The translations under genes were made by a program, and so were the position numbers. A stretch of DNA of 29,843 nucleotides from a virus (Duplodnaviria > Heunggongvirae > Uroviricota > Caudoviricetes). Below, piece after piece: positions 1-8,146 of the stretch. The stretch lies in IMG/VR virus record IMGVR_UViG_3300021407_000008. The stretch is one strand, 5' to 3'. The stretch's first letter is position 1; the number at the start of each line of letters is the position of its first letter. Under the pieces are notes generated by a model. The model was not told where the DNA came from and searched no databases. It was given only the letters and a program-made list of their open reading frames with translations.

Positions 1-2
1 AC

Positions 3-92
3 GCCGCCGCCAACGCCGCCAATGGCGCCGCCAATGGCGCCGCCAACGCCGCCAATGGCGCCGCCAACGCCGCCAACGCCGCCAACGCCGCC
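3..92 (+). repeat. Coding tandem repeat GCC-GCC-AAY(-GGC), 9/12-nt units
   Basis: Read directly; 30 codons of AAN/AANG units. Confidence 0.95.
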
Positions 93-191
93 TACGTTGG
101 CGCCGCCGATTTATATCTAACCATGTCGGCCATGTTAGCACTAGAAGTTTTACGAGAACTTAAGAGTCCGGGAATTGCTTTATTGAAATGA
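3..191 (+). CDS. 3' end of an Ala/Asn-repeat phage protein (partial, starts before the window)
   Basis: Frame 3 is open from the window start: AAANAANGAANGAANAANGAANAANAANAAYVGAADLYLTMSAMLALEVLRELKSPGIALLK, stop TGA at 189-191. Confidence 0.75.
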   Translation, partial: AAANAANGAANGAANAANGAANAANAANAAYVGAADLYLTMSAMLALEVLRELKSPGIALLK

Positions 192-207
192 AAGAGGGAA
201 ACGAAAA

Positions 208-879
208 ATGAAAACAATGATTGCATTACTCCTGCTGCTTGTCGGAATTCAGGCGCAAGCATGGGATAACAAACAGAACCAAAACCAGCACCAAACACAA
301 ACCACAACGGTTAATAGTGGCAATACGACCACGAATAGCCACAACAATACAAGCACAAGTGGCGCGAGTTCTGCGGCTACTGGCGGAAGTTCTGAATCTA
401 GCGGCACGTTGTCTAGCCAAGTAGCTAGCAATTACATCAATAGCGTTCCACGGCAAGCGCCGCCCGCGATTGGAACTACCACATTCCAGAGTAACGACTG
501 TACAAAGACTTACGGGGCTGGTGCGAGTGCTCCATTTGGCGGGATTAGCTTAGGTGGCGGCAAAGTAGACAAGAATTGCCGGATGTTGCGAACTGCGGAT
601 GACTTCGCTAATCAGGGCAAAATGCTTGCCTATTGCAAAATCATGGTTATGACGCAAGATGCCAAGGCGGCAGGCGTTACCATGGACGATTGTATGTATC
701 AAGCCCCAGAACCTACGCCAATAGTTGAGCCTGTAGCGCCAGAACCAATAGCGCCGCCTATTCTGTTAGCAGAAGCGCCGATTATCACCATAAACGTGCC
801 CGCTATGCCGGTATTGGCGTGTCCGCGACCGATTCATAAGCATCGTGCATCTAAACCTTGTCCGACACTGGAAAAGTAA
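208..879 (+). CDS. Exported phage protein with signal peptide, N/T/S/Q-rich linker, Cys-containing core and Pro-rich tail
   Basis: MKTMIALLLLLVGIQAQA-W signal with AxA cleavage; core QAPPAIG...DCTKTYGAGASAPFGGISLGGGKVDKNCRMLR...LAYC resembles an uncharacterised phage family I recall (APPSA...C...G.S.G...D.NC..L). Confidence 0.75.
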   Translation: MKTMIALLLLLVGIQAQAWDNKQNQNQHQTQTTTVNSGNTTTNSHNNTSTSGASSAATGGSSESSGTLSSQVASNYINSVPRQAPPAIGTTTFQSNDCTKTYGAGASAPFGGISLGGGKVDKNCRMLRTADDFANQGKMLAYCKIMVMTQDAKAAGVTMDDCMYQAPEPTPIVEPVAPEPIAPPILLAEAPIITINVPAMPVLACPRPIHKHRASKPCPTLEK

Positions 880-1301
880 TGCACTGCGCTTTTTGCAGAT
901 CGAGATTAGTAGCTTGCCGGTTTGATGGGCCAGATACGGTAATTTTAATGGTTAAAAACCGTACAACCTACATCTGGAATACTGACAACTGGATAGCTTG
1001 TGAAACGTGCGCCCAGTTGCTTGAATCTGACAGATTGGACGAATTGACCAATCGGGCGCTGGATTCAGACCGTTTTTTATTAGTAAACGAGTTGCAAAGA
1101 CGAGAAATGTTTTTTACTTTGCTTCGAAGGCAATACGCACAAATTAAACAAAAAAGAGAGGCGTTACATGAAACCAGAAGAATTGATCCACCACGTAATC
1201 GCGGGAAGCGGCGAGTCTGTATTACGGGCAGCCGCGCAAGTTCTCCTAGACAAACTAGACAAGCACGAAGCCGAGGAAGGCGAGGAGAAAAAGGTCTATG
1301 A
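879..1301 (+). CDS. Hypothetical Zn-binding phage protein (CxxC ... WxACxxC)
   Basis: ATG at 879 overlaps the upstream TAA; MHCAFC...NWIACETCAQL; the 3' end overlaps the next gene by 134 nt. Confidence 0.65.
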   Translation: MHCAFCRSRLVACRFDGPDTVILMVKNRTTYIWNTDNWIACETCAQLLESDRLDELTNRALDSDRFLLVNELQRREMFFTLLRRQYAQIKQKREALHETRRIDPPRNRGKRRVCITGSRASSPRQTRQARSRGRRGEKGL

Positions 1302-1452
1302 AGCTATCTTGGCCGTGCCAGAAGGAAAAGAAACCTTTACGGCGGCTATGATGATTGGCGCGATTGCCCAATCGTGGATAGAGTCTAAAAAAATAGCGGC
1401 TAATCCGACTCAGTTTATTGGGGCGGTTAGCCAGAAAGCGGGGAATTGCTAG
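1168..1452 (+). CDS. Hypothetical protein
   Basis: 94 aa ORF, SD-like GAGAGG upstream, abuts the next gene. Confidence 0.7.
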   Translation: MKPEELIHHVIAGSGESVLRAAAQVLLDKLDKHEAEEGEEKKVYEAILAVPEGKETFTAAMMIGAIAQSWIESKKIAANPTQFIGAVSQKAGNC

Positions 1453-2046
1453 GTGCGGTATTTGGATAAATCCCAGTTGCGTGCGCTATTGGATGCAGCG
1501 AAAAGGGATAACCCCTTGCACCATCTGTTAATTCTCTTGGCTTACGCGCATGGACTTAGAAGTACAGAAGCCGTTAATGTTTGGATTGGCCCAACTACTG
1601 CTCGGATTAAGACAATCAAAAACGGCAAGCCGTCTACTGTGCCAGCACCGTATATTGAATCCAATACGCTGATTGTGCAAAGACTCAAGGGGAGCGAATG
1701 CACGCGGCAACCATTGGTATCTAGTTCTGATCCGTTGTTCGATGAAGTATCGTTGCTGTCTGGTTTACCGAATGGCAGATTGTTCCCCAACTGGACTAGG
1801 CACGACTTTAACAATTTGATGCGCTCCTACGGGAAGCGCGGCATTATCCCGCAATTTCTGGCGCATCAACACATTTTAAAACGTTCTATTGGCAAGCACA
1901 TGGTACGCGGGGCGGGATTAGATAACACGAGCATTTACCTTGGCCATAAAAATTGGTCAAGTACGAAGGCTTACGTGAAGAATTCCGATTCTGAGGCAGC
2001 AGCAGCAATGAATGAAGCAGTATTTGGCCGCATGGAGGCGGCGTAA
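1453..2046 (+). CDS. Compact tyrosine recombinase, FimB/FimE-like, catalytic domain only
   Basis: Box I LLAYAHGLRSTEA; RLKGSECTRQPL (compare FimB RLKKGFSTTHPL); box II HQHILKRS...LGHKNWSSTKAY with His and nucleophile Tyr. Confidence 0.85.
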   Translation: MRYLDKSQLRALLDAAKRDNPLHHLLILLAYAHGLRSTEAVNVWIGPTTARIKTIKNGKPSTVPAPYIESNTLIVQRLKGSECTRQPLVSSSDPLFDEVSLLSGLPNGRLFPNWTRHDFNNLMRSYGKRGIIPQFLAHQHILKRSIGKHMVRGAGLDNTSIYLGHKNWSSTKAYVKNSDSEAAAAMNEAVFGRMEAA

Positions 2047-2048
2047 AA

Positions 2049-2552
2049 ATGAAAACTAAATTGAGTAAGAAGGCGGTAGCGTTACTCCGTAAGGTGCAGG
2101 CGGCAATCACAGAAGAACCGAATCGCTTGGTAATGGGATCGTGGGGGATACAAAGGTTAGGGCAAAAATTTGTTGTCACTAGCGACTACAATCCAAAAAA
2201 ACAAGAGAAAAGAACCCTGCCCGCTTGTGGCACTGTCGGCTGTATTGCTGGCTGGACGGCAATCTGTGGACTGCCAAAGAAAGAAGTTCCTTCCATTACG
2301 ATTAACGGGATAGAAATGGTCAATGTTTCGGAGATTGATGACGTTGAGAAAAAAGCTATTGATTTGCTTGGATTAGATAGCAAACAAGCGCAACGTCTGT
2401 TTTTTCTTCGCAGTTGGCCTATTGTTCAATCATTTGGCTATGAATCTTGGCCAGAAGAATTTGACAAAGCTTATGGCAAGGCAAAAACCGCCAAAGAGCG
2501 TGCCAAGGTAGCCTGCGAACGTATTGACCATTTTATTGCGACTGGAGAGTAA
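2049..2552 (+). CDS. Hypothetical phage protein with CGTxxCIAGW motif
   Basis: 167 aa ORF; ACGTVGCIAGW is a motif I recognise from uncharacterised phage proteins. Confidence 0.75.
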   Translation: MKTKLSKKAVALLRKVQAAITEEPNRLVMGSWGIQRLGQKFVVTSDYNPKKQEKRTLPACGTVGCIAGWTAICGLPKKEVPSITINGIEMVNVSEIDDVEKKAIDLLGLDSKQAQRLFFLRSWPIVQSFGYESWPEEFDKAYGKAKTAKERAKVACERIDHFIATGE

Positions 2553-2991
2553 CCACGGGCCTTGCCGAGATGAATTCTCGGTAAGGCTTTATTTTTGCCT
2601 GAATCTTGGGGATTAAACCTGCTACACTGTAGCCATACACGCAAAGTAGCGCCCTATCCGCATTGTTCTGCGTGGTTTCTAGCGCCTTTCTAAGCATTTT
2701 ACAGCCAATTTGTACGTTTAACGTAGGTTCTAATAGTTCCATTTGTGTCTGGTTATATCCGAGGTCTTTAGCCGCCTGAGAGTTGATCTGCAATAGCCCT
2801 AGCCGCGCATTGGGAGCCTTCAGGGACGACAAATTAGGGTTGTATTGCATCGGGTCCATGGATTGCTCTACGAGGGCCGGATTCCAGCCTGAGAGGATTT
2901 CAATGATTGCGCAGCATAATTCTGGCGGTATTCCTTCTCGAATAGCGATATCTATAGCGATTGCAACGAGTTCCGGCTTGCTATGAATCAT
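2533..2991 (-). CDS. SLT lytic transglycosylase-fold protein, probably catalytically degenerate
   Basis: IPPELCCAIIEILSGWNP, GLLQI, LLEPTLNVQIGCKML match SLT motifs; the canonical ES reads LS. Confidence 0.8.
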   Translation of the reverse strand: MIHSKPELVAIAIDIAIREGIPPELCCAIIEILSGWNPALVEQSMDPMQYNPNLSSLKAPNARLGLLQINSQAAKDLGYNQTQMELLEPTLNVQIGCKMLRKALETTQNNADRALLCVYGYSVAGLIPKIQAKIKPYREFISARPVVTLQSQ

Positions 2992-3161
2992 GTACGATAC
3001 GGGTCTATGGCATCGCCTAGAAGGTCTAAGGCTAATTGGGAGAAACTAATCTTTTGTTCATCGCTAAGATATACGGCTATCTCGTCTTCTGAAATCCTCA
3101 TAGCCATTATCATATCTGGGATGATTTCAAACGCTATAGATTCGGGTTCTTCGTCCATCAT
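2988..3161 (-). CDS. Small acidic hypothetical protein (57 aa)
   Basis: ATGA overlap with the upstream stop at 3158-3161 and with the downstream start at 2988-2991. Confidence 0.65.
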   Translation of the reverse strand: MMDEEPESIAFEIIPDMIMAMRISEDEIAVYLSDEQKISFSQLALDLLGDAIDPYRT

Positions 3162-4687
3162 TGTCCACCATGCGGTACGCGCCACAAACCTAGTTTTCTT
3201 GCTCCCTCTACCATGACAGCATATTTAACTACTCGTTTTGCGAACTTTTGGAAGTTTTGATTCTTTGAAAAATGTACTAAGCCATCATGCAATTCATCGT
3301 AGTCACTGCCATATAAAGTTTTGGCCGCATCGCGTTGTCCCTCGAATCGCTGTAGGACTTTATTCCAATCAGTTTTGCCGTTGCTGGTAGATTCTTCTGC
3401 TAAATCTTTCAGTGCCCCATTGCGTAAAGACTGTACCTCTTCGGGGGTTTTATCGGCCAAGAATTCGCTTACCATGGTGCCATCAGTAGCTTTACTGTTT
3501 AGTTTTTTGATTACCAGTTCTGGCGTCTTAGCCTTGAATAATGGCGATGCCGGACCCTTGGTTTGACGCTGGACGGTCGTAGCATATTGTTTATTGGCAG
3601 CCTTTAGTGCGTCGGCTTCTTTTGCTCCGTCGATTTGGAGATACATTTCTTCGTCAAAAGCTTTCTTGATTTGCTTATAGTAACCAAGCGCTGTTCCATT
3701 AGCATTGCCAGACGCAACTGCTTTTTGTTGTTGGTCGATAACGCTATTCAATTGGTTCCTGATAGCCTCAACCCTTGTACGATCAATTTGCCTTAAATGA
3801 TTTGGATTTAATTCATCTATAACAGACTTAGCACGTTGCACTTCTGGGTCTTTTAGGGACTCCAATCCTTCACTGGTTCCTAGTGAATCACTTAGGGCGT
3901 CGAGAGACTTTTGCAATTCAGTAGTGGGGCCAATGTTTAGCCTGAATTCTTCTGGCATGGCAGCACCTTTGGCTGCGCCTACTGCCATACCTTGAGTTTC
4001 ACGGATACGCTTAGCGGCATCTATTTGCGCCTGCCCTGCTTCGGCGCGCGGAGAGCCAGATTCGATTGCTTCACTCACGGCCTTAGCGCCAGAAACGCTA
4101 CCGCCACGTAGGGCATTCAACCCTTCAAAAGCAGCGCCAGCCGCCGCGCCCACTCCCGCCGCTTCAGCGCCACTCTTCACAGCTTCAGACGGAGCGCTCC
4201 CGTGCAGCATCTTTTGTACTGCCGTAATGCCACCGCCCTTCATTGCCGTCATACCAATCTCTAGGGCGCGTTTCAGTTGTGGTGATTTTTCTATTAGTTT
4301 TGCTACCTGCCCAGCATGGGCAAGTTTTTCGCCTGCCGTAGCTCCTTCCGCCGAGCCAAGCAATTCCCCGCCAAGCATAAATTCGCCAATATTTTCTAGT
4401 CCCATGCCGGTAGCCTCACCAGCATTTTTAGGCATTTCCGGTTGTGGCATTGGGTGTGCTTGCGATGTTGGATAAGGTGCGACACGCTCCGCTAATCCAC
4501 GCAGGGTTTTCCCGGTAGTCATCAAAGACTTGGTAACACCCGTTTCCGCGTCGCTAATAAAATCTTCCGCCTTACTTAAGTAGTCGCTTGGTGGCGGAGT
4601 TGTAGCAATAGAAGCATAGGGGTCGTCGTTTGACTGGCTTTGTTGCTGCGCAGGTGCAGCTATTGCGGCATATGGGTCATCTGCCAT
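3158..4687 (-). CDS. Internal virion / DNA ejection protein (P22 gp16-like position)
   Basis: 509 aa, helical, A/G-rich hydrophobic-like stretch, N-terminal DDPY repeats; last of three large ORFs after the nozzle gene; function inferred from synteny. Confidence 0.6.
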   Translation of the reverse strand: MADDPYAAIAAPAQQQSQSNDDPYASIATTPPPSDYLSKAEDFISDAETGVTKSLMTTGKTLRGLAERVAPYPTSQAHPMPQPEMPKNAGEATGMGLENIGEFMLGGELLGSAEGATAGEKLAHAGQVAKLIEKSPQLKRALEIGMTAMKGGGITAVQKMLHGSAPSEAVKSGAEAAGVGAAAGAAFEGLNALRGGSVSGAKAVSEAIESGSPRAEAGQAQIDAAKRIRETQGMAVGAAKGAAMPEEFRLNIGPTTELQKSLDALSDSLGTSEGLESLKDPEVQRAKSVIDELNPNHLRQIDRTRVEAIRNQLNSVIDQQQKAVASGNANGTALGYYKQIKKAFDEEMYLQIDGAKEADALKAANKQYATTVQRQTKGPASPLFKAKTPELVIKKLNSKATDGTMVSEFLADKTPEEVQSLRNGALKDLAEESTSNGKTDWNKVLQRFEGQRDAAKTLYGSDYDELHDGLVHFSKNQNFQKFAKRVVKYAVMVEGARKLGLWRVPHGGQ

Positions 4688-6487
4688 TTAGTCTACCGCC
4701 GTATGCCCGTGGGCTTGAATATCTTGTTTGATTTGATCGTCCGTTTTGCCTTGGTTTTGCGGTAACTGTCTAGCCGCTTTCATGCTAACGGTTTTACCGC
4801 TTGGGGGTGCTACGGCTTCTTGCGGCATCTTTGGGGCGCGGAGATTGTGGGTCAAACCTCTTTGTGCATCGTGTATTTCTTGGATACTACTAGCTCCTAA
4901 GATTTTATCCGAAGCGTCTGCGTAGGCATCGTTCTTTGCGGCAAGCAGTTTATATGCGTTATTCAAAATATCTTTTAGCTGCGTGCGCTGCAATGGAGTT
5001 AATTGTTGAACGGTTTTATCGTCCGCGCGGCTAAACCAAGTTTCTACATCCCCCATCCATCCTCGCGCCTGAGAACCAATAGAATTAAGTTCCGCACCCG
5101 TAATACGCACGCCGCCGCCGCCTACAGTTCCACGCAATGCAGCAATCTTGGCAACGGCATCGTATTCCCCGCCGCCCTTATTCAACAAGTTGATAGCCTC
5201 GGCAAAATCTTGGAACTTGCCTTGGTCTTGTTCAATCGTATGGTTTATGGGTACTAAAGCTTTTTGGCGAACAGTCTCCGTAAACCTATCTGCTTTATCG
5301 CTGGCTCCAGCAGCGGCTTTTTCCTTCGGAGTAGGATATTGCGACCTAATTTCTGGCGCACGCAGAGATAGTGCCTGAGCGAGTTCGCGCACTTTTGGAT
5401 TCTTTGGATTAGATGCCAACGTATCAGACGCGAAAAGCGCGGCATTGTTGGCGCTTTCCCAATCCTTCATTTGGCCACCTTTATAATAATCCTCTAGGCG
5501 TTTTACGGTGTCTTTGTCTGCTGCTGCTTGCTGCGGATTGAAGCCTGGAAACATGCCGCTATCTCGTATGAATTCTTCCGCATCATCCTTTCCGAGTTCT
5601 ACACCGTCCCTGCCTCTGGTGGTCTTGCTTCCCAATCCAGAAGCATCACCCTCCGTCGCATAAGCATAAACGTTTGCCATGTTTTTAATTGGCGGGTAAC
5701 CAGAATTCTCCACTGCTTTCTCTAAATCGGCAGAGCTTATCATGGATGAATTGGTTGACAGCGGCTTAGAGTTCTGCGATTGAATGTTTTGCGATACACC
5801 ATTTCTTACCGCGTGTGTACCGGCAACCGATGCATCCGAAGCCTCCGTACCAGCAGAAATATTCACCGGCATTGACGGCAACTTGCCTGTACCTGCCACG
5901 CCAGAAAGATTAATATCTTTCGGAATTCCGCCTTTGCGGACAATGGCAATCTGGTACAGCGGAGAATCCGCCGTAGTCCCACCTTTCGGAACAATTCTTA
6001 CATCTTGGTCGGGATGCGCGGCTTTTTGTTTAGATAATTCTTGGCGTAACGCTGCGGGGTCTTTGTTGGTTCCACCTACCCAATCAATCATTCCTTGCCG
6101 ATCTAATTGGTCATGGAAATCGCGAGCGGTATTGTAAACGCTGTTCCGTGTTTCTTGGTCTGCCTTAGCCAATAGATGCTTAGTCTGCAATTCGTATAAC
6201 TGCCCCATGGCTATACGCTGCTTGCGTAACGTAGCTTCGTCTGCTTGTTCGGATTGCTGCGCTTGGCGCTGCTGAGCGATTTGGGGCGCGTTAATTCCCG
6301 CTGCCATGGAGCGTGTATATGGATTGCTTTGATTCTGTGCTAGGGCTTGAACGCCGCCTTGGACTGCGCCTTTTACCAGGGTTCCAACTAGCGACGAAAA
6401 GAACCCTGTCCCGCCAGAAATTCCGGCAGGCTGGCCGCTTAGTGCGCCTTGTTGGCTAGGGTCGGTTTGTGTCTGCGGATCGGGCAT
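4688..6487 (-). CDS. Internal virion / DNA ejection protein (P22 gp20-like position)
   Basis: 599 aa, G/Q-rich N-terminus, helical composition; function inferred from synteny. Confidence 0.6.
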   Translation of the reverse strand: MPDPQTQTDPSQQGALSGQPAGISGGTGFFSSLVGTLVKGAVQGGVQALAQNQSNPYTRSMAAGINAPQIAQQRQAQQSEQADEATLRKQRIAMGQLYELQTKHLLAKADQETRNSVYNTARDFHDQLDRQGMIDWVGGTNKDPAALRQELSKQKAAHPDQDVRIVPKGGTTADSPLYQIAIVRKGGIPKDINLSGVAGTGKLPSMPVNISAGTEASDASVAGTHAVRNGVSQNIQSQNSKPLSTNSSMISSADLEKAVENSGYPPIKNMANVYAYATEGDASGLGSKTTRGRDGVELGKDDAEEFIRDSGMFPGFNPQQAAADKDTVKRLEDYYKGGQMKDWESANNAALFASDTLASNPKNPKVRELAQALSLRAPEIRSQYPTPKEKAAAGASDKADRFTETVRQKALVPINHTIEQDQGKFQDFAEAINLLNKGGGEYDAVAKIAALRGTVGGGGVRITGAELNSIGSQARGWMGDVETWFSRADDKTVQQLTPLQRTQLKDILNNAYKLLAAKNDAYADASDKILGASSIQEIHDAQRGLTHNLRAPKMPQEAVAPPSGKTVSMKAARQLPQNQGKTDDQIKQDIQAHGHTAVD

Positions 6488-6848
6488 CTAGAAAGTATTC
6501 TAGTTTGGTTTCTGGACTAATTGTTTCGTCTTTGCATGATTGGCGAAGGTAGCGGCAAACATATTCGTCGGTGCCGTCATGGAGCAAGTAAACGCGCATT
6601 AAGTTTTTTATAGTGCCGTCTTGCATGTTGGCGTTAGATTTTCCGCTACACTTTAATCTTAAGTCGTACAACCCAGAAACTAGCCCAGAGTGCATACTTT
6701 TGAACTTGCGCAATTTACCAGTTGCAATATTTTTGTCGAATTCTCCTAGGCGCAATGGGTTGTTCGCGTGGTAGGCGGGATCGGTTGGAATTTGGCTCTT
6801 ATTATAAGCGGCAATCGCACTTAATAGGCATTCTAGTCGGCTTCGCAT
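6456..6848 (-). CDS. Lysozyme-like virion protein of the NNPGN type, degenerate (130 aa)
   Basis: ATG at 6848 follows the upstream TAA by 1 nt; AIAAYN...AYHANNPLRL...LRKFKSMHSG...TIKNLMRVY...Y..YL...ISPETKL parallels the AIA.xEG...NNPGNL...F.F.S...G pattern. Confidence 0.5.
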   Translation of the reverse strand: MRSRLECLLSAIAAYNKSQIPTDPAYHANNPLRLGEFDKNIATGKLRKFKSMHSGLVSGLYDLRLKCSGKSNANMQDGTIKNLMRVYLLHDGTDEYVCRYLRQSCKDETISPETKLEYFLDARSADTNRP

Positions 6849-6849
6849 A

Positions 6850-7755
6850 TTACTGGACGCCACCGGGAACGCTGCCAAATACTCCCGATGGTCCGGTCGG
6901 GGCCGTTGGAACATTCGGATAATACGGCTGTCCCATGCTCGGGTTTGGTGGCATCCAAGACGTATCAGTTGGCCCACTACCGCCGCCGCTAAAGAGGCCA
7001 GACAACCCACCAGTTAATAGATTAGCGCCACTATTAATAAGTCCACCAAGTAAACCTTGCCCCAAGTTTCCCCAGAAATTGCCAGCTTGTTGTTGCTGGT
7101 TTACCGTGGAGGCCTGGTTGAAAGCGTTCTGGTTAGCGCCAGTTAGCAAACCGCCCGTTCCGGGAGTCATGCCAAACATCTGCGGTACATTCTGTAATCC
7201 AGCCAGCGCCGTCATTTGTTGCTGGTTCTTATATTGTTGGTTGGCTAGATTGATTTGATTCGTACCGGTTGCGACCGTATTGCCTGCGGCAGAAGATATT
7301 TGCGACTGAATAGCTTGCTCTACGCCACTGGGCAGACCGGCCATGTTGTTGGTTGCAAAAGCTGCTTGTGAGTTTTGTTTGGCGTTAGCTGCCTGTGCTC
7401 CGGTGGTATTTACAAGCGAAGCCTCAAGGTCGGCCATGGCCGTGGGTCCGAATCCCTGCGGATTTAAAAACATAGATTGCAGTTGAGGTACGAGGAATTG
7501 GTTAAGGTAGCCCTGCTGCTCCGCGAACTGGGTTTGGAAGTCAGCTAATAGTTGGCCCGATTCCATCGACGCCTGCTGTTGGGCTTGCTGCTCCGCTTGG
7601 GACGGGCCTGAACCGCACAAACGTACCCAAGGGCCGCTATCAGGATAATCAAAGTAGATAGATTCAAGAGGCTGGAGACTTTCTATGTCGAAGGAATATT
7701 TGGTGTAGACTCTTGGCACACCGTAGATTCTAATGAAGTTGGCTGAGTAAGCCAT
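6850..7755 (-). CDS. DNA ejection/pilot protein (P22 gp7-like); possible GTG start at 7719
   Basis: Q/N/G-rich, with a Gly/Leu amphipathic C-terminal segment (NLGQGLLGGLINSGANLLTGGLSGLFSGGG); acidic-aromatic leader before CGSG; follows the gp14-like gene. Confidence 0.65.
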   Translation of the reverse strand: MAYSANFIRIYGVPRVYTKYSFDIESLQPLESIYFDYPDSGPWVRLCGSGPSQAEQQAQQQASMESGQLLADFQTQFAEQQGYLNQFLVPQLQSMFLNPQGFGPTAMADLEASLVNTTGAQAANAKQNSQAAFATNNMAGLPSGVEQAIQSQISSAAGNTVATGTNQINLANQQYKNQQQMTALAGLQNVPQMFGMTPGTGGLLTGANQNAFNQASTVNQQQQAGNFWGNLGQGLLGGLINSGANLLTGGLSGLFSGGGSGPTDTSWMPPNPSMGQPYYPNVPTAPTGPSGVFGSVPGGVQ

Positions 7756-8129
7756 AGCACCCGTTCTTCTGGGCTATCAACAAACCCTAGATAGCGACGG
7801 CAGAACCATGCAAGAGTCTTAGATGCGGTGTCGTAGATGATTTGTTTGTAGCCGTTACGCTTGGCCGATTGGACTAATTCCGGGAATTGGCTAACGAGAC
7901 ATTTGCGGATTCTTTCTTTGTCCACGTCGCAAAATTGGATGTGAAGTCTAAGCGCAGACGATCCACGTAGATATAAAATTGGACCAGATTCATCTTCGTA
8001 GACACGAGAAATCGTGCTTGGCTCTGAAAAAAACTTGGGAGTCATCCATTCCGCGTGGCACTGGTCTGAGCGGATTTCTTTCTCCATTCGCGGAAAATCT
8101 TCAGGAATTATCGGGCGAGAAGTAATCAC
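7683..8129 (-). CDS. P22 gp14 / GNAT-fold-like virion assembly protein
   Basis: 148 aa; starts SRPIIPEDF and ends with LAWFCRRYLGF, typical of degenerate GNAT folds; position between the needle-position gene and the first ejection protein. Confidence 0.5.
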   Translation of the reverse strand: MITSRPIIPEDFPRMEKEIRSDQCHAEWMTPKFFSEPSTISRVYEDESGPILYLRGSSALRLHIQFCDVDKERIRKCLVSQFPELVQSAKRNGYKQIIYDTASKTLAWFCRRYLGFVDSPEERVLWLTQPTSLESTVCQESTPNIPST

Positions 8130-8146
8130 AAAAACGATACTAACAT

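Noticed and set aside
1110-1301. Programmed frameshift linking ORFs 879-1301 and 1168-1452 (T6 run, 134-nt overlap)
   Set aside because: The downstream ORF has its own SD and ATG; no stimulatory structure seen
6849-7010. N-terminal extension of the 184 aa ORF 6456-7010
   Set aside because: It overlaps the gp7-like gene out of frame; the coupled ATG at 6848 is the more plausible start
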